From: an uncultured Actinomycetes bacterium
Lineage (GTDB): Bacteria > Actinomycetota > Thermoleophilia > Miltoncostaeales > Miltoncostaeaceae
Length of the DNA: 64,000 nt
Direction: 5' to 3'
Assembly (NCBI GenBank): GCA_903943955.1
Contig: CAJAPZ010000082.1
Coordinates: forward strand, 2,078 to 66,077
The position numbers were made by a program, and so were the translations under genes. Below are positions 9,547-19,087 of the stretch, piece after piece; position 1 is the stretch's first letter, and each line of letters opens with the position of its first letter. Under the pieces are notes generated by a model. That model saw only the letters and a program-made list of their open reading frames with translations, searched no databases and had not been told where the DNA came from.

Positions 9547-9821
9547 GCGACAACGGTGGCCCGCTGAACGGGGTGAGCATCATGCTGCAGGACGATGTGC
9601 CCGAGGGCACCACGTTTGAGGACGCCATGACCGAACTCGAGCGCTGCGTCGATGCACTTGAGGCCGGTGAGGTGGGGCTCGAGGAGGCCCTGGTGCTGTT
9701 TCGGCGAGGCGCCGCTCTGGAGGCGTGGTGTGCGACGCGCCTGGATGCCATCAGCGCGAGCATTGAGGAACTGACCGCCGATGGTGCGCCGGCTGATCCG
9801 TTTGACGGTGACGCGGGCTAG
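9543..9821 (+). CDS. xseB: exodeoxyribonuclease VII small subunit
   Basis: FEDAMTELERCVDALEAGEVGLEEALVLFRRG helical hairpin motif. The ATG overlaps the xseA stop. Confidence 0.8.
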   Translation: MSDNGGPLNGVSIMLQDDVPEGTTFEDAMTELERCVDALEAGEVGLEEALVLFRRGAALEAWCATRLDAISASIEELTADGAPADPFDGDAG

Positions 9822-9822
9822 T

Positions 9823-10341
9823 TCAGGCGGACTGGTCGGCGCTCGCGCGCACCCACATCTGCGCGCGCGATGTTGCGAAGGGGAGGGGCGTCGTGGCCCG
9901 CAGGATTGTCACACCCCGCGACTCCTCATCGCCGGTGATCCACGAGCGTGATCGCAGATCGGTGGCACCGGCACCCATTGCGAGCCCCGCGACGATGGGT
10001 GCAAAGGGGGCGACCGCAAGCAGCGCCAGCAGCAGCAGCGCCAGGGCGACGATGGTGGGGAGGCCCGCCCGTCGCAGTTGTTCGGAGGACGATTCGATCA
10101 CGAGGTCGTGCGGTGCGTCGGGCGCGGTGTCGATGGTATTTCTCAGCCACCCACCGCCGACCACGACTTGGGCCAGGCTGAGGACCACCAGCACGATGAT
10201 CCAGGGGACGATCACCCGGGTTGCACTTCCGCCCAGCACGACGATGGACGCCACGAGCCCCACAATGCCGACGACCGATAGGCCGATGCCATTGATGGTG
10301 AGGTCCCTGGAGAGTGGCGCGGCGGTCTGCACGACGGGCAT
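9823..10341 (-). CDS. hypothetical integral membrane protein
   Basis: About four hydrophobic segments. It lies 32 nt downstream of the repeat protein on the same strand. I trimmed it to ATG 10341. Confidence 0.5.
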   Translation of the reverse strand: MPVVQTAAPLSRDLTINGIGLSVVGIVGLVASIVVLGGSATRVIVPWIIVLVVLSLAQVVVGGGWLRNTIDTAPDAPHDLVIESSSEQLRRAGLPTIVALALLLLALLAVAPFAPIVAGLAMGAGATDLRSRSWITGDEESRGVTILRATTPLPFATSRAQMWVRASADQSA

Positions 10342-10373
10342 ACTTTCAGATCGCGCCGTTCGGGGATACTGGG

Positions 10374-11966
10374 TTAGCGGACCACCACAACGAGCGAGCG
10401 ACTGGTGCCACCGCGTGGCGTGGCGGTGAGGCGCCACCGACCGCGCCCGAGGGCCGCACCGCCGAGACCGCCTTCAAAGGTGATGGCATTGGCCCCGTCT
10501 GCACCGCTCAGCGAGAGTGCTCCTACCTCGCGGCCACCTGCCGATGGTGTGATGGCCAGCCGCACGCGGGAGGGGTTGGAGAGCCCGAAGGTGACCCTGA
10601 AGCGCTGGCCGGGGCTCACAGTCGCGGGGCGTGCCCGGAGGTCCACCAGAATCGCCGGACCCGGCTGGTCGGAACCGGCCAGACCTGTGGCCGACGACAC
10701 ACCCGCCTGCGCGATGGATGGGTCGAGTGCCGGGTCGGTCCACTGCCACATAACGGGTGCGATGCCGTCATCCCCGATGACGCCCTCAGGGGCAATTGCC
10801 GGAAAGCGCGGATCGGAGATGGTGGCCGGTGCGCCGAAGTCGGCGGTGGCGGCGCGGAGCGCAGCCTGGGCTAGGTACGAGGTGCCGGTGGTCGCGGGCC
10901 AGGTGACCAGCGCCGCGCCCCCTCCGCTCACCGACAGACGGGGTGTTCCCGCGGTCACGGAGCCGTCTGATAGATCGCGGGGCGGACCCCAGGGCTGGCC
11001 AGCAACCCGCGTGGCCGCCTCCACCACGCCGGAACGAACCCATGTGGCAACCGCGTTGCCCCGGGCATCGGTGGCCACCTGCGCCCCCCGGGCCTGCGTG
11101 CCAGGTCGCGAGATGTCATCCGGCTTGGTCCACACACCGCCCACCGGAAGCGAAGCGGCCTGGGTGATGACGTCGGCACCGCGCAGGAGGGTCCATGCGG
11201 CGACTACGTCGCCGGATGGCGCTATGGCGATCGCTGGGTCAACAAAGACTGAAGAGCTCGTCTGAGATACGTCGGCCGGAACGCTGAACGATCCGTCGCG
11301 CTGGCGCATGGCCGCGCGCACGCGGTGCTGATCACCCTCGTCGCGGCGCCAGGCGATAACCGATCCGCCTGGGCTGGCGGCAATGGCTGGGGTGAACGCG
11401 AGCTCATCCGGCTGCGAGACCGGTCGGGTGGCCGCGAAGCGCCCCGATGAAGACGCGCAGGCCGACTCGATCGTATTGGCGCCACCCGTCACCGCTTCGC
11501 CCGACCATGCGACCAGCGGGGCACACGCGCCGCCAAGCGCCACGACCGGGGTGGTGGCAATGCGGCCCGGAAGCGACAGTGCGGTGGCGGGAAGAAAGCG
11601 GCGACGGGCCGGGCGCAGGCTCACCCGCACACGGCCCCCCTCGATCCATGTGACCGCCGCCTGCCCGCCTGTGGTCATGGCAACGGCCACCTGCGTGGCA
11701 CCGCGGCCACTTCCCGGTACGCGTACCGGCTGGTACCACGGGCCGCCCGGGGTACGCAGCGTTGTGACGACACCGGTCGGGGTGGCCCAGGCGGCGACCG
11801 CCCGACCATCGTCGTTGCCTGCGACGGCGGGCGCACCGGTGCCCCTGACCTGCCCGGCGAGGGGCGACGGTGGGAGCCACTGCGTGGCGGCGCTCGCCCC
11901 TGCAGGCAACGCTGCGAGTGCGAGAAGGGTGATGGCGGTGCGGTTCACAACCCCCATGGTGCCCAC
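10374..11966 (-). CDS. secreted repeat protein (about 8 beta-propeller-like blades plus a C-terminal Ig-like domain), function unknown
   Basis: Signal peptide AITLLALAALPAGASA. Eight repeats with the motif hhh(A/T)W fall at residues about 60, 106, 154, 206, 258, 309, 356 and 407, spaced 46-52 aa apart. Confidence 0.6.
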   Translation of the reverse strand: MGTMGVVNRTAITLLALAALPAGASAATQWLPPSPLAGQVRGTGAPAVAGNDDGRAVAAWATPTGVVTTLRTPGGPWYQPVRVPGSGRGATQVAVAMTTGGQAAVTWIEGGRVRVSLRPARRRFLPATALSLPGRIATTPVVALGGACAPLVAWSGEAVTGGANTIESACASSSGRFAATRPVSQPDELAFTPAIAASPGGSVIAWRRDEGDQHRVRAAMRQRDGSFSVPADVSQTSSSVFVDPAIAIAPSGDVVAAWTLLRGADVITQAASLPVGGVWTKPDDISRPGTQARGAQVATDARGNAVATWVRSGVVEAATRVAGQPWGPPRDLSDGSVTAGTPRLSVSGGGAALVTWPATTGTSYLAQAALRAATADFGAPATISDPRFPAIAPEGVIGDDGIAPVMWQWTDPALDPSIAQAGVSSATGLAGSDQPGPAILVDLRARPATVSPGQRFRVTFGLSNPSRVRLAITPSAGGREVGALSLSGADGANAITFEGGLGGAALGRGRWRLTATPRGGTSRSLVVVVR

Positions 11967-12011
11967 GTGCCGGGCTGAAGTCCACGCGTTGGGTCACGTT
12001 CGTGCGGATTT

Positions 12012-12845
12012 GTGGAAGGGTCGGGGCGTGCTGCGTCGAAACAATCGCTCGTGCCGCCTGACGCAAATGAACTCGCAGAGGTCCTCCGCCGTGACTACGA
12101 GCGCTTCAGCCCTGCGCAGAAGTCGCTTGCGCGCTACCTGATCGATCACCTGGCGGAACTTCCGCTGGTGTCGGCGCATGAGGTGGCCCACGCGGCACAT
12201 TGCAGCCCCGCGACCGTGGTGCGCTTTGCGCAGGCGCTCGGATACGCCGGATATCCGGAGATGCAGCGGACCATCCGGCAGGCGCATCGCCCCGGTCTTG
12301 GTGTGCGCGCCGTCGGCGGTCTGCCCCAGGGTCGCGTGCAGGTGCTCGACGCCGACCGTCTCGCCCTCGAGGATGCCGCCGCCCGTCTGGGCCCCGATGG
12401 GGTCACCCCGCTGGCAAGCGCACTCGCCGGTCGGCACCCCATCATTCTTGCCGGCGACGCCACCGCACGACCCGTGCTCGCCTTGCTGGAGGAACGACTC
12501 TCCCGCGCCGGACGCGAGACGCTGGTGGTCGATTCAGTCGAGCCCCGGATCCGCATGCGCCTGGGTGCGCTCGCACGCGGCGGCGCGCTCATCGCGGTTG
12601 CGGTGGGCAAGGACACCCGCGTGGCCGAGTACGCCGTGGCCGCCGCCCGTGCAGCCAGTGCACCGGCTGTGGCGCTGGTCGATTCCAGTCTTTCCGCGGC
12701 CGCACGTGCCCCGCATGTGCGGGTGATTCCCGCTGAGGAGCGTGGTGGGGAGCCCAGTCTCACGGCATTCGTCGCCGTTGCTCAGGCACTCGCGCAGTCG
12801 CTTGCATCGCAGCCAGTCGCACGTCGCGCGCTCTCCGCTGCCTAG
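12012..12845 (+). CDS. RpiR/MurR-family transcriptional regulator (HTH_6 + degenerate SIS domain)
   Basis: ARYLIDHLAELPLVSAHEVAHAAHCSPATVVRFAQALGYAGYPEM helix-turn-helix, with a C-terminal SIS-like alpha/beta region. Confidence 0.75.
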   Translation: MEGSGRAASKQSLVPPDANELAEVLRRDYERFSPAQKSLARYLIDHLAELPLVSAHEVAHAAHCSPATVVRFAQALGYAGYPEMQRTIRQAHRPGLGVRAVGGLPQGRVQVLDADRLALEDAAARLGPDGVTPLASALAGRHPIILAGDATARPVLALLEERLSRAGRETLVVDSVEPRIRMRLGALARGGALIAVAVGKDTRVAEYAVAAARAASAPAVALVDSSLSAAARAPHVRVIPAEERGGEPSLTAFVAVAQALAQSLASQPVARRALSAA

Positions 12846-12897
12846 CCGAGGCCTCCGTTTCGCCTCACTGATCCGGTCCGGGGCAGGCTTCTTCCCA

Positions 12898-12943
12898 TCC
12901 GGTGACATTCATTCTCCCCGTCCGGTGTCATTGATTGTCCCCG
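12898..12943. repeat. tandem direct repeat, 2 x 23 bp (20/23 identical), upstream of pdxS
   Basis: tccggtgacattcattctccccg / tccggtgtcattgattgtccccg, followed by TAGACT (12951-12956) and the SD gaggagag before the pdxS ATG. Confidence 0.8.
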
Positions 12944-12980
12944 GCCGTTCTAGACTGCCGCCGATGTCTGACGAGGAGAG

Positions 12981-13895
12981 ATGAAGGTGAGCGACAACGC
13001 CGGCGCCAATGGCGCGACGGGTACCGACGCGGTCAAGGCAGGCCTCGCCCGCATGTTGAAGGGCGGCGTCATCATGGACGTGGTGGACGCTGAGCAGGCA
13101 AAAATCGCCGAAGAGGCCGGTGCCTGCGCGGTGATGGCCCTTGAACGCATCCCGTCTGAGATCCGCAGGGTTGGCGGCGTGGCACGCATGTCGGACCCCG
13201 AGATGATCATCGGCATTCAGGAGGCCGTGAGCATCCCGGTCATGGCCAAGTGCCGCATCGGTCACCACGTCGAGGCGCAGGTGCTCCAGGCACTCGAGGT
13301 CGACTACATCGACGAGTCCGAGGTCCTGACGCCCGCCGACGAGGCCAGCCACGTCGACAAGCGTCGATTCACCATTCCGTTCGTGTGCGGTGCCACCAAC
13401 CTGGGGGAGGCGCTTCGCCGCATCTCCGAGGGCGCCGCGATGATGCGCACCAAGGGCGAGGCAGGCACCGGCAACGTTGTCGAGGCCGTGCGCCACATGA
13501 AGACCATCACGCAGGGCATCCGCCGCGTGGCCAGCGCCACCCCCGATGAACGGTTTGCCATCGCCAAGGAGATGGCGGCACCACTCGACCTCATTGAGTG
13601 GGTGGGTGAGCACGGCCGTCTGCCGGTTGTCAACTTCTCGGCCGGTGGCATCGCGACCCCCGCCGATGCGGCACTGATGATGTACCTGGGTGCCGAGGGC
13701 GTGTTTGTGGGCAGCGGAATCTTCATGAGCGAGGATCCGCCCGCCCGTGCCCGTGCGATCGTGGAGGCCACGACACACTGGGATGACCCAGAGGTGGTCG
13801 CCCGTGTGTCGCGTGGTCTGCGCGAGGCCATGCCGGGTCTCGAGATCGCCCAGATCGCCGCCGAGGGCGGCCTGCTGCAGACCCGGGGCTGGTGA
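12981..13895 (+). CDS. pdxS: pyridoxal 5'-phosphate synthase, lyase subunit
   Basis: [36 protein letters not shown] and the rest of the highly conserved PdxS sequence. Confidence 0.95.
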   Translation: MKVSDNAGANGATGTDAVKAGLARMLKGGVIMDVVDAEQAKIAEEAGACAVMALERIPSEIRRVGGVARMSDPEMIIGIQEAVSIPVMAKCRIGHHVEAQVLQALEVDYIDESEVLTPADEASHVDKRRFTIPFVCGATNLGEALRRISEGAAMMRTKGEAGTGNVVEAVRHMKTITQGIRRVASATPDERFAIAKEMAAPLDLIEWVGEHGRLPVVNFSAGGIATPADAALMMYLGAEGVFVGSGIFMSEDPPARARAIVEATTHWDDPEVVARVSRGLREAMPGLEIAQIAAEGGLLQTRGW

Positions 13896-14542
13896 GCGCA
13901 GCCGATCTGACGCGGCCCCGGATCGGGGTCCTAGCCGTGCAGGGCGCGGTGTCCGAGCACGAGGCCGCGCTCGCCGACGTGGGGGCCCGCACGACCCGGG
14001 TTCGGTTGCCCCATGAGCTCGATGGCCTTGACGGCCTGGTCATCCCCGGAGGCGAGAGCACCACGTTCGGTCTGATTGCCGGCCGCTCCGGGTTGCTCGG
14101 CGCCTTGCACGAGCGCATTGCCAGCGGGTTGCCGGTGTTCGGCACGTGTGCGGGTCTCATTATGCTTGCCAGCCGCATCGACGGCGACGGTGATCAGGCG
14201 TTGATCGGTGGCATGGACATCGTTGTGCGGCGGAATGCCTTCGGTCGCCAACTGGCCTCATTTGAGGCCGACGTGGTCGTGCCGGTGCTCGGTGATCCGC
14301 CCATGCGCGGTATCTTTATTCGGGCGCCATGGGTCGAGAAGGTTGGTCCGTCGGTGGAGGTGCTCGCTGAGCACGCTGGCCACATTGTGGCGGCGCGAGA
14401 TCGCACACGGATCGTGTGCGCGTTTCATCCGGAGTTGACGGGCGACCGGCGATTGCACAGACTGTTCGTAGACGGGGTCCGCGGGGCCACGGCTCCGGCG
14501 GACGAAGATCTCAAGGGGGGCATCCGTGTCGGGTCACAGTAA
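13892..14542 (+). CDS. pdxT: pyridoxal 5'-phosphate synthase, glutaminase subunit
   Basis: [13 protein letters not shown], catalytic Cys in [10 protein letters not shown], and a GTGA overlap with pdxS. Confidence 0.9.
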   Translation: MSAADLTRPRIGVLAVQGAVSEHEAALADVGARTTRVRLPHELDGLDGLVIPGGESTTFGLIAGRSGLLGALHERIASGLPVFGTCAGLIMLASRIDGDGDQALIGGMDIVVRRNAFGRQLASFEADVVVPVLGDPPMRGIFIRAPWVEKVGPSVEVLAEHAGHIVAARDRTRIVCAFHPELTGDRRLHRLFVDGVRGATAPADEDLKGGIRVGSQ

Positions 14543-15278
14543 GTGGGCCACCATCAAGCGGAAGAAGGGCGCCGCCGACGCCAAGCGCGGGCAGCTCTTC
14601 TCCAAGCTCACCCGGGCAATCATGGTCGCGGCGCGTGAGGGCGGTGGCGATGCGAATTCGAATGCCACGCTCGCCGGGGCGATCGAAAAGGCCCGTGCCC
14701 TCTCGATGCCCAAGGACAACATCGAACGCGCCATCCAAAAAGGCATCGGTGGCGCCGATGGTTCCGTGGACTACGAGACGGTCACGTACGAGGGCTACGG
14801 GCCCGGTGGAGTGGCAATCCTTTGCGTTGCCCTCACCGATAACCGCAACCGCACTGCAAGCGACGTGCGTCACGCCTTCACCAAGTGCGGATCCGAGCTG
14901 GGCACGCCCGGCAGCGTCGCGTGGCAGTTTGAGCGCAAGGGCGTCATCGTTGTGGATGGCGAGGGCATCGACGAAGAGGCCCTCATGGATGCGGCCCTTG
15001 AGGCCGGGGCACAGGACATCTCCCCGGACGGCTCGCACTGGCAGGTGGTCACCGACCCGGTGGAGCTCGCGCAGGTGCGCGAAGGGCTCCAGGGCGCAGG
15101 AATCATGCTGGCGTCGGCGGACATCACGATGCTCCCGAAGACCACCGTGGAGACCGGCGAGAAGGAGGCGCGTCAGTTGCTGCGCCTGCTTGACGACCTG
15201 GAGGACAACGACGACGTCCAGGACGTGTACGCCAACTTCGATATCTCCGAAGAGGTGATGGAGGCCGTGGCCTCCTAG
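14526..15278 (+). CDS. yebC: YebC/PmpR-family DNA-binding regulator
   Basis: N-terminus [22 protein letters not shown] is the family signature. Confidence 0.95.
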   Translation: MSGHSKWATIKRKKGAADAKRGQLFSKLTRAIMVAAREGGGDANSNATLAGAIEKARALSMPKDNIERAIQKGIGGADGSVDYETVTYEGYGPGGVAILCVALTDNRNRTASDVRHAFTKCGSELGTPGSVAWQFERKGVIVVDGEGIDEEALMDAALEAGAQDISPDGSHWQVVTDPVELAQVREGLQGAGIMLASADITMLPKTTVETGEKEARQLLRLLDDLEDNDDVQDVYANFDISEEVMEAVAS

Positions 15279-15776
15279 ATGCTGGTCCTCGGCATCGACC
15301 CCGGGCTCGCCAACACGGGATACGGCGTGGTGCGGGGGGTGGGCAGCCGCATTGAGGCGCTCGCCTGGGGGACCATCCGTACCCCCGCCAAGCAGCCCGT
15401 GGAGCAGCGGCTGCTCACGCTGAACGAGGGGCTTGCGGCGGTGCTCGCCGAGCATGCCGTGGATGGTGCGGCGCTGGAGTCATTCTTCATCCATCCGGTG
15501 AGCACCGCCGCCATGGGTATGGCCGCGGCCCGGGGAGCCCTTCTGGTGGCCTGCGCGAGTGCTGGGGTCGCTGTGACCGAATACACGCCCAATCAGATCA
15601 AGCAGTCGGTCACCGGTAATGGCCGCGCCGACAAGGATCAGGTGCGGGCGATGGTGACGCGCCTCACGAAGGCCGAGACCGACACCGACCATGCCGCCGA
15701 TGCACTGGCCGCGGCCATCTGCCACGCCTCCGCCGGGCCGTTGCAGGCGGCCATCGGCATCCGTGGCGGCCGATAG
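15279..15776 (+). CDS. ruvC: crossover junction endodeoxyribonuclease RuvC
   Basis: LGIDPGLANTGYGVV catalytic Asp motif, in yebC-ruvCAB order. Confidence 0.9.
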   Translation: MLVLGIDPGLANTGYGVVRGVGSRIEALAWGTIRTPAKQPVEQRLLTLNEGLAAVLAEHAVDGAALESFFIHPVSTAAMGMAAARGALLVACASAGVAVTEYTPNQIKQSVTGNGRADKDQVRAMVTRLTKAETDTDHAADALAAAICHASAGPLQAAIGIRGGR

Positions 15777-15785
15777 CCTGCGGCC

Positions 15786-16367
15786 ATGATTCGCTTCGTC
15801 ACCGGCCAACTGGCCGAGCAGGACGCCGATGGCGTGGTTATTGGCATGGGCGGGATGGGGTTTCTCGTGCGCGTGTCCGATTACACCCGGGGCCTGTTGC
15901 CACCCATCGGTGGCGAGGTGACGTTGAAGACGCACCTCGCCGTTCGCGAGGACGCCCTTGACCTGTACGGATTCGGTGACGACGCCGAGCGCGTGCTGTT
16001 CATGCAACTCGTCGGGGTGAGCGGCATCGGCCCGCGCATGGCACTGACCATTACCGGGCTCACCACTCCCCAACTTCTTGCCAACGCCATACGCGGGGGC
16101 GAGGTGGCATTTCTCACGCAGGCATCCGGGGTGGGGAAGAAGACCGCCGAACGGGTCATTCTGGAACTGCGCGACAAGGTGGGGGGCACGGGGGCCATTG
16201 CACCTGCACCGGGCAGCGGTCACCGCGGCGGCGCGCGCGATGGCCTGCTCGCCCTCGGGTTCACCGAGGCAGAGGTGGATCACGCACTGTCATCGGCCGA
16301 TGACGGACTGGACGAGGAGAGCCTCATCCGCCACGGGCTCGCAGCGCTCGGTCGCGCTCGCGCATGA
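15786..16367 (+). CDS. ruvA: Holliday junction branch migration complex subunit RuvA
   Basis: [10 protein letters not shown]-terminus and HhH motifs [11 protein letters not shown] and [12 protein letters not shown]. Confidence 0.9.
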   Translation: MIRFVTGQLAEQDADGVVIGMGGMGFLVRVSDYTRGLLPPIGGEVTLKTHLAVREDALDLYGFGDDAERVLFMQLVGVSGIGPRMALTITGLTTPQLLANAIRGGEVAFLTQASGVGKKTAERVILELRDKVGGTGAIAPAPGSGHRGGARDGLLALGFTEAEVDHALSSADDGLDEESLIRHGLAALGRARA

Positions 16368-17416
16368 CCGAGGAGCGCTTGTCCGACCCGGATCCCCTCC
16401 GCGAGGAGGTGGAACTCGACACCTCGCTGCGACCCAAGTCGCTCGAGACCTTTGTGGGGCAGAAGTCGGTGTGCGACCAGCTGTCAATCTTCCTGCAGGC
16501 GGCCCGCCTGCGCAGTGAGCCGCTCGACCATGTGCTGCTGGCCGGCCCGCCGGGGCTCGGCAAGACGTCGCTCGCCCTCATCCTGGCGGCCGAGATGGGC
16601 GTGGAGATCACCATCACCAGCGGCCCCGTGCTTGAGCGCAAGGGCGACCTCGCAGCAATCCTCACCGCACTCGCGCCGGGTGATGTGTTGTTCGTCGACG
16701 AGATCCACCGCCTTAACCGTTCCGTGGAGGAGGTGCTCTATCCCGCGATGGAGGACTTCCAGCTGGACATGGTGCTGGGGCAGGGCCCACAGGCACGCAC
16801 GCTGCGGCTTGACCTGCCCCGGTTCACTCTTGTGGGTGCCACCACCCGATCAGGGCTGCTCACCACGCCGCTTCGCGACCGCTTCGGGGTGGTGCAGCGC
16901 CTCGACTATTACGGGCCATCCGATCTGGCCCAGATCGTCATGCGGTCAGCCGGGCTCCTGGACGTGCAGATCACCGAGGATGGGGCGCTTGCCCTGGCGA
17001 GCCGCTCACGCGGCACCCCGCGTATCGCCAACCGTCTGCTGCGCCGGGTACGTGATGTGGCGCAGGTGAAGGGCATGGGCACGGTGGATCGCGCCAGCGC
17101 CGAGCAGGCGCTGGTCATCCTCGAGGTGGATGCCGCAGGCCTCGACGATCTGGACCGCAAGATCCTCACGCACCTCGCCGTGACGTTCTCGGGGCGCCCC
17201 ACCGGCCTCGGCACCCTCGCCGATGCCGTGGGCGAGTCGCCGGACACCATCGAGGACGTCTACGAGCCATTTCTGCTCCAGCAGGGGCTGCTCGCACGGA
17301 CACCGCGTGGGCGCATTGCGACGCCGCGCGCCTACGTGCACCTCGGTCTCGAGATCCCCAGAGGGGCTGAGGCCCAGTCGTCGCTGTTCGGATCCGGGGA
17401 CGCCACGGGGGCGTAG
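16364..17416 (+). CDS. ruvB: Holliday junction DNA helicase RuvB
   Basis: Walker [12 protein letters not shown], Walker B FVDEIHRL, sensor [17 protein letters not shown]. Confidence 0.95.
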   Translation: MTEERLSDPDPLREEVELDTSLRPKSLETFVGQKSVCDQLSIFLQAARLRSEPLDHVLLAGPPGLGKTSLALILAAEMGVEITITSGPVLERKGDLAAILTALAPGDVLFVDEIHRLNRSVEEVLYPAMEDFQLDMVLGQGPQARTLRLDLPRFTLVGATTRSGLLTTPLRDRFGVVQRLDYYGPSDLAQIVMRSAGLLDVQITEDGALALASRSRGTPRIANRLLRRVRDVAQVKGMGTVDRASAEQALVILEVDAAGLDDLDRKILTHLAVTFSGRPTGLGTLADAVGESPDTIEDVYEPFLLQQGLLARTPRGRIATPRAYVHLGLEIPRGAEAQSSLFGSGDATGA

Positions 17417-17425
17417 CCCGCGGGA

Positions 17426-18613
17426 TCAGCTGGTGGTGCCCGCCATGGGGTGGGTGGACCGGCGCTTGGCGGTGAGCACCTCGCGGTAGATCTCCTCGAT
17501 TCGGTCGGTCACCCGCGGCCAGTCGAACTCGCGCTCCACGGCGACGCGTCCCTGCACGGCGATCCTGGCGGACTGCGCGGGGTCATCCAGCAGGTCACCG
17601 ATGCCCGCCGCCAGTCCGGCGCCGTCGTGGGGTGGCACAAAGCGACCCGGCACGTCGCCGCGGATGACCTGACGGAATCCGATGTTGTCTGCCGCCACGA
17701 CTGGGGTACCTGATGCGAGCGCCTCGAGAAGGACGACACCGAACGAGGCAAGGACGCACGGCGCTGCCATTACATCAGCCTGACGATAGTAATGCGGGCG
17801 CTCCTCGTTGAGCAGGCCGAGCCACTCGATGCGATCCCAGATCCCGAGGCTCTTCGCCTTCTTCTCATACATCGGGCGAGTGGGACCGTCACCGATAACC
17901 TGTACGACGAATTCCCGGCCCTCGCGCTTCAGGATTGCGGCGGCCTCCAGCAGGTCACCGAGGGCGTTACGGGGGTCGAAGCGCCCCACGAACAGGATCC
18001 GCGGTGGCCCCGGCTCACGCTCGTCCGGCCCGGTGAGCGGTCGGTACAGAGCGCAATCAATGCCGTTCGGAACAACATCCCACTCGCCGGGAAAGTATGG
18101 CGACAGAGCCTGGATACATGCATCGGAGACCGCAATCCGGCGGTCAAGGCGATCGAGCGCGGCACGCACATATCGCCCGAGGCCACGATAGGCCCAGTGC
18201 CCACCATCGAAGTAGGTGTGGAACGTCCCCACGGTGACCGGCGCGGTGGACACTCGTAGGCACAGTAGCGGCAGGGTGGGTGACGCCAGCGCCTGGGAGT
18301 GCACCACATCCACGCCGCGTATGGCGTCGGCCATCTGCGGCTTGAGACCCACTCCGACGGTGAGCCGTGCAATGGACCCGTTGGACACCACGGGGATAGA
18401 CCGGCCGACGCGGCGCGTGCGGTAGCCGCCCTCACGGAAGGCCGCACGGTCCATCTCGGCGACCTCACCGGCATCGCCGAGATTTCCGGTGACGATGGTG
18501 ACGTCGTGGCCGCGCGCCGCGAGTTCACGCGAGAGAAAGTGCACGTGCTCGCTCACCCCGCCCAGCGTGGGGTACACGTACTCGCTGACCATCGCGATGG
18601 TCAGGCTGCTCAC
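17426..18613 (-). CDS. GT4-family glycosyltransferase (PimA/PimB-like)
   Basis: N-terminal IAMVSEYVYPTLGGVSEHV and C-terminal GVVLLEALASGTPVVA GT-B motifs. I start it at GTG 18613; the track ORF start at 18694 adds non-homologous residues. Confidence 0.8.
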   Translation of the reverse strand: MSSLTIAMVSEYVYPTLGGVSEHVHFLSRELAARGHDVTIVTGNLGDAGEVAEMDRAAFREGGYRTRRVGRSIPVVSNGSIARLTVGVGLKPQMADAIRGVDVVHSQALASPTLPLLCLRVSTAPVTVGTFHTYFDGGHWAYRGLGRYVRAALDRLDRRIAVSDACIQALSPYFPGEWDVVPNGIDCALYRPLTGPDEREPGPPRILFVGRFDPRNALGDLLEAAAILKREGREFVVQVIGDGPTRPMYEKKAKSLGIWDRIEWLGLLNEERPHYYRQADVMAAPCVLASFGVVLLEALASGTPVVAADNIGFRQVIRGDVPGRFVPPHDGAGLAAGIGDLLDDPAQSARIAVQGRVAVEREFDWPRVTDRIEEIYREVLTAKRRSTHPMAGTTS

Positions 18614-18754
18614 GCGCGCGCTGCCGGTGTTGCGGGGTGCCTCACGGAGCGCCACGGTACCAGCGCCGACGGGGGCCCCGGCCCGGCACACCACCCCGTG
18701 CGGCGCTGCTACCCTCCGCCGGTCCGGAATCCAAGAACTGAGGCCGAATTCCGC

Positions 18755-19048
18755 ATGTCGGGACTCCTTCTTCCTGTTTACATCATCGTCTTTGTCGCCC
18801 TGATCTACTTCGTCGCAGTGCGCCCGCAGCAGAAGCGCCGCCGCGAGATGGAGCAGTTGTCACGCACGCTCGAGCCCGGTGACGAGGTCGTCACAACGTC
18901 GGGCATCTACGGAATCGTTTCGGAGATGGAGGACGGCGGCACCGTGCTCATTCAGGTTGCCGAGGATGTGGATATCCGCATCGCGCAGTCCGCCATCGCC
19001 CGCAAGGTCACCGCCGAGCCGGCCGCGGACCAGCCCGCCGCCGACTAG
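18755..19048 (+). CDS. yajC: preprotein translocase subunit YajC
   Basis: TM segment followed by RPQQKRRREMEQL...GDEVVTTSGIYGIV. I trimmed it to ATG 18755. Confidence 0.85.
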   Translation: MSGLLLPVYIIVFVALIYFVAVRPQQKRRREMEQLSRTLEPGDEVVTTSGIYGIVSEMEDGGTVLIQVAEDVDIRIAQSAIARKVTAEPAADQPAAD

Positions 19049-19087
19049 GGCAGCCACCATCATCATCATGGTTTTGGGCGTGCGCCG

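Noticed and set aside
19049-19087. caccatcatcatcatgg run between yajC and secDF
   Set aside because: It is a short simple-sequence stretch in a 39-nt spacer, with no ORF or repeat array associated.
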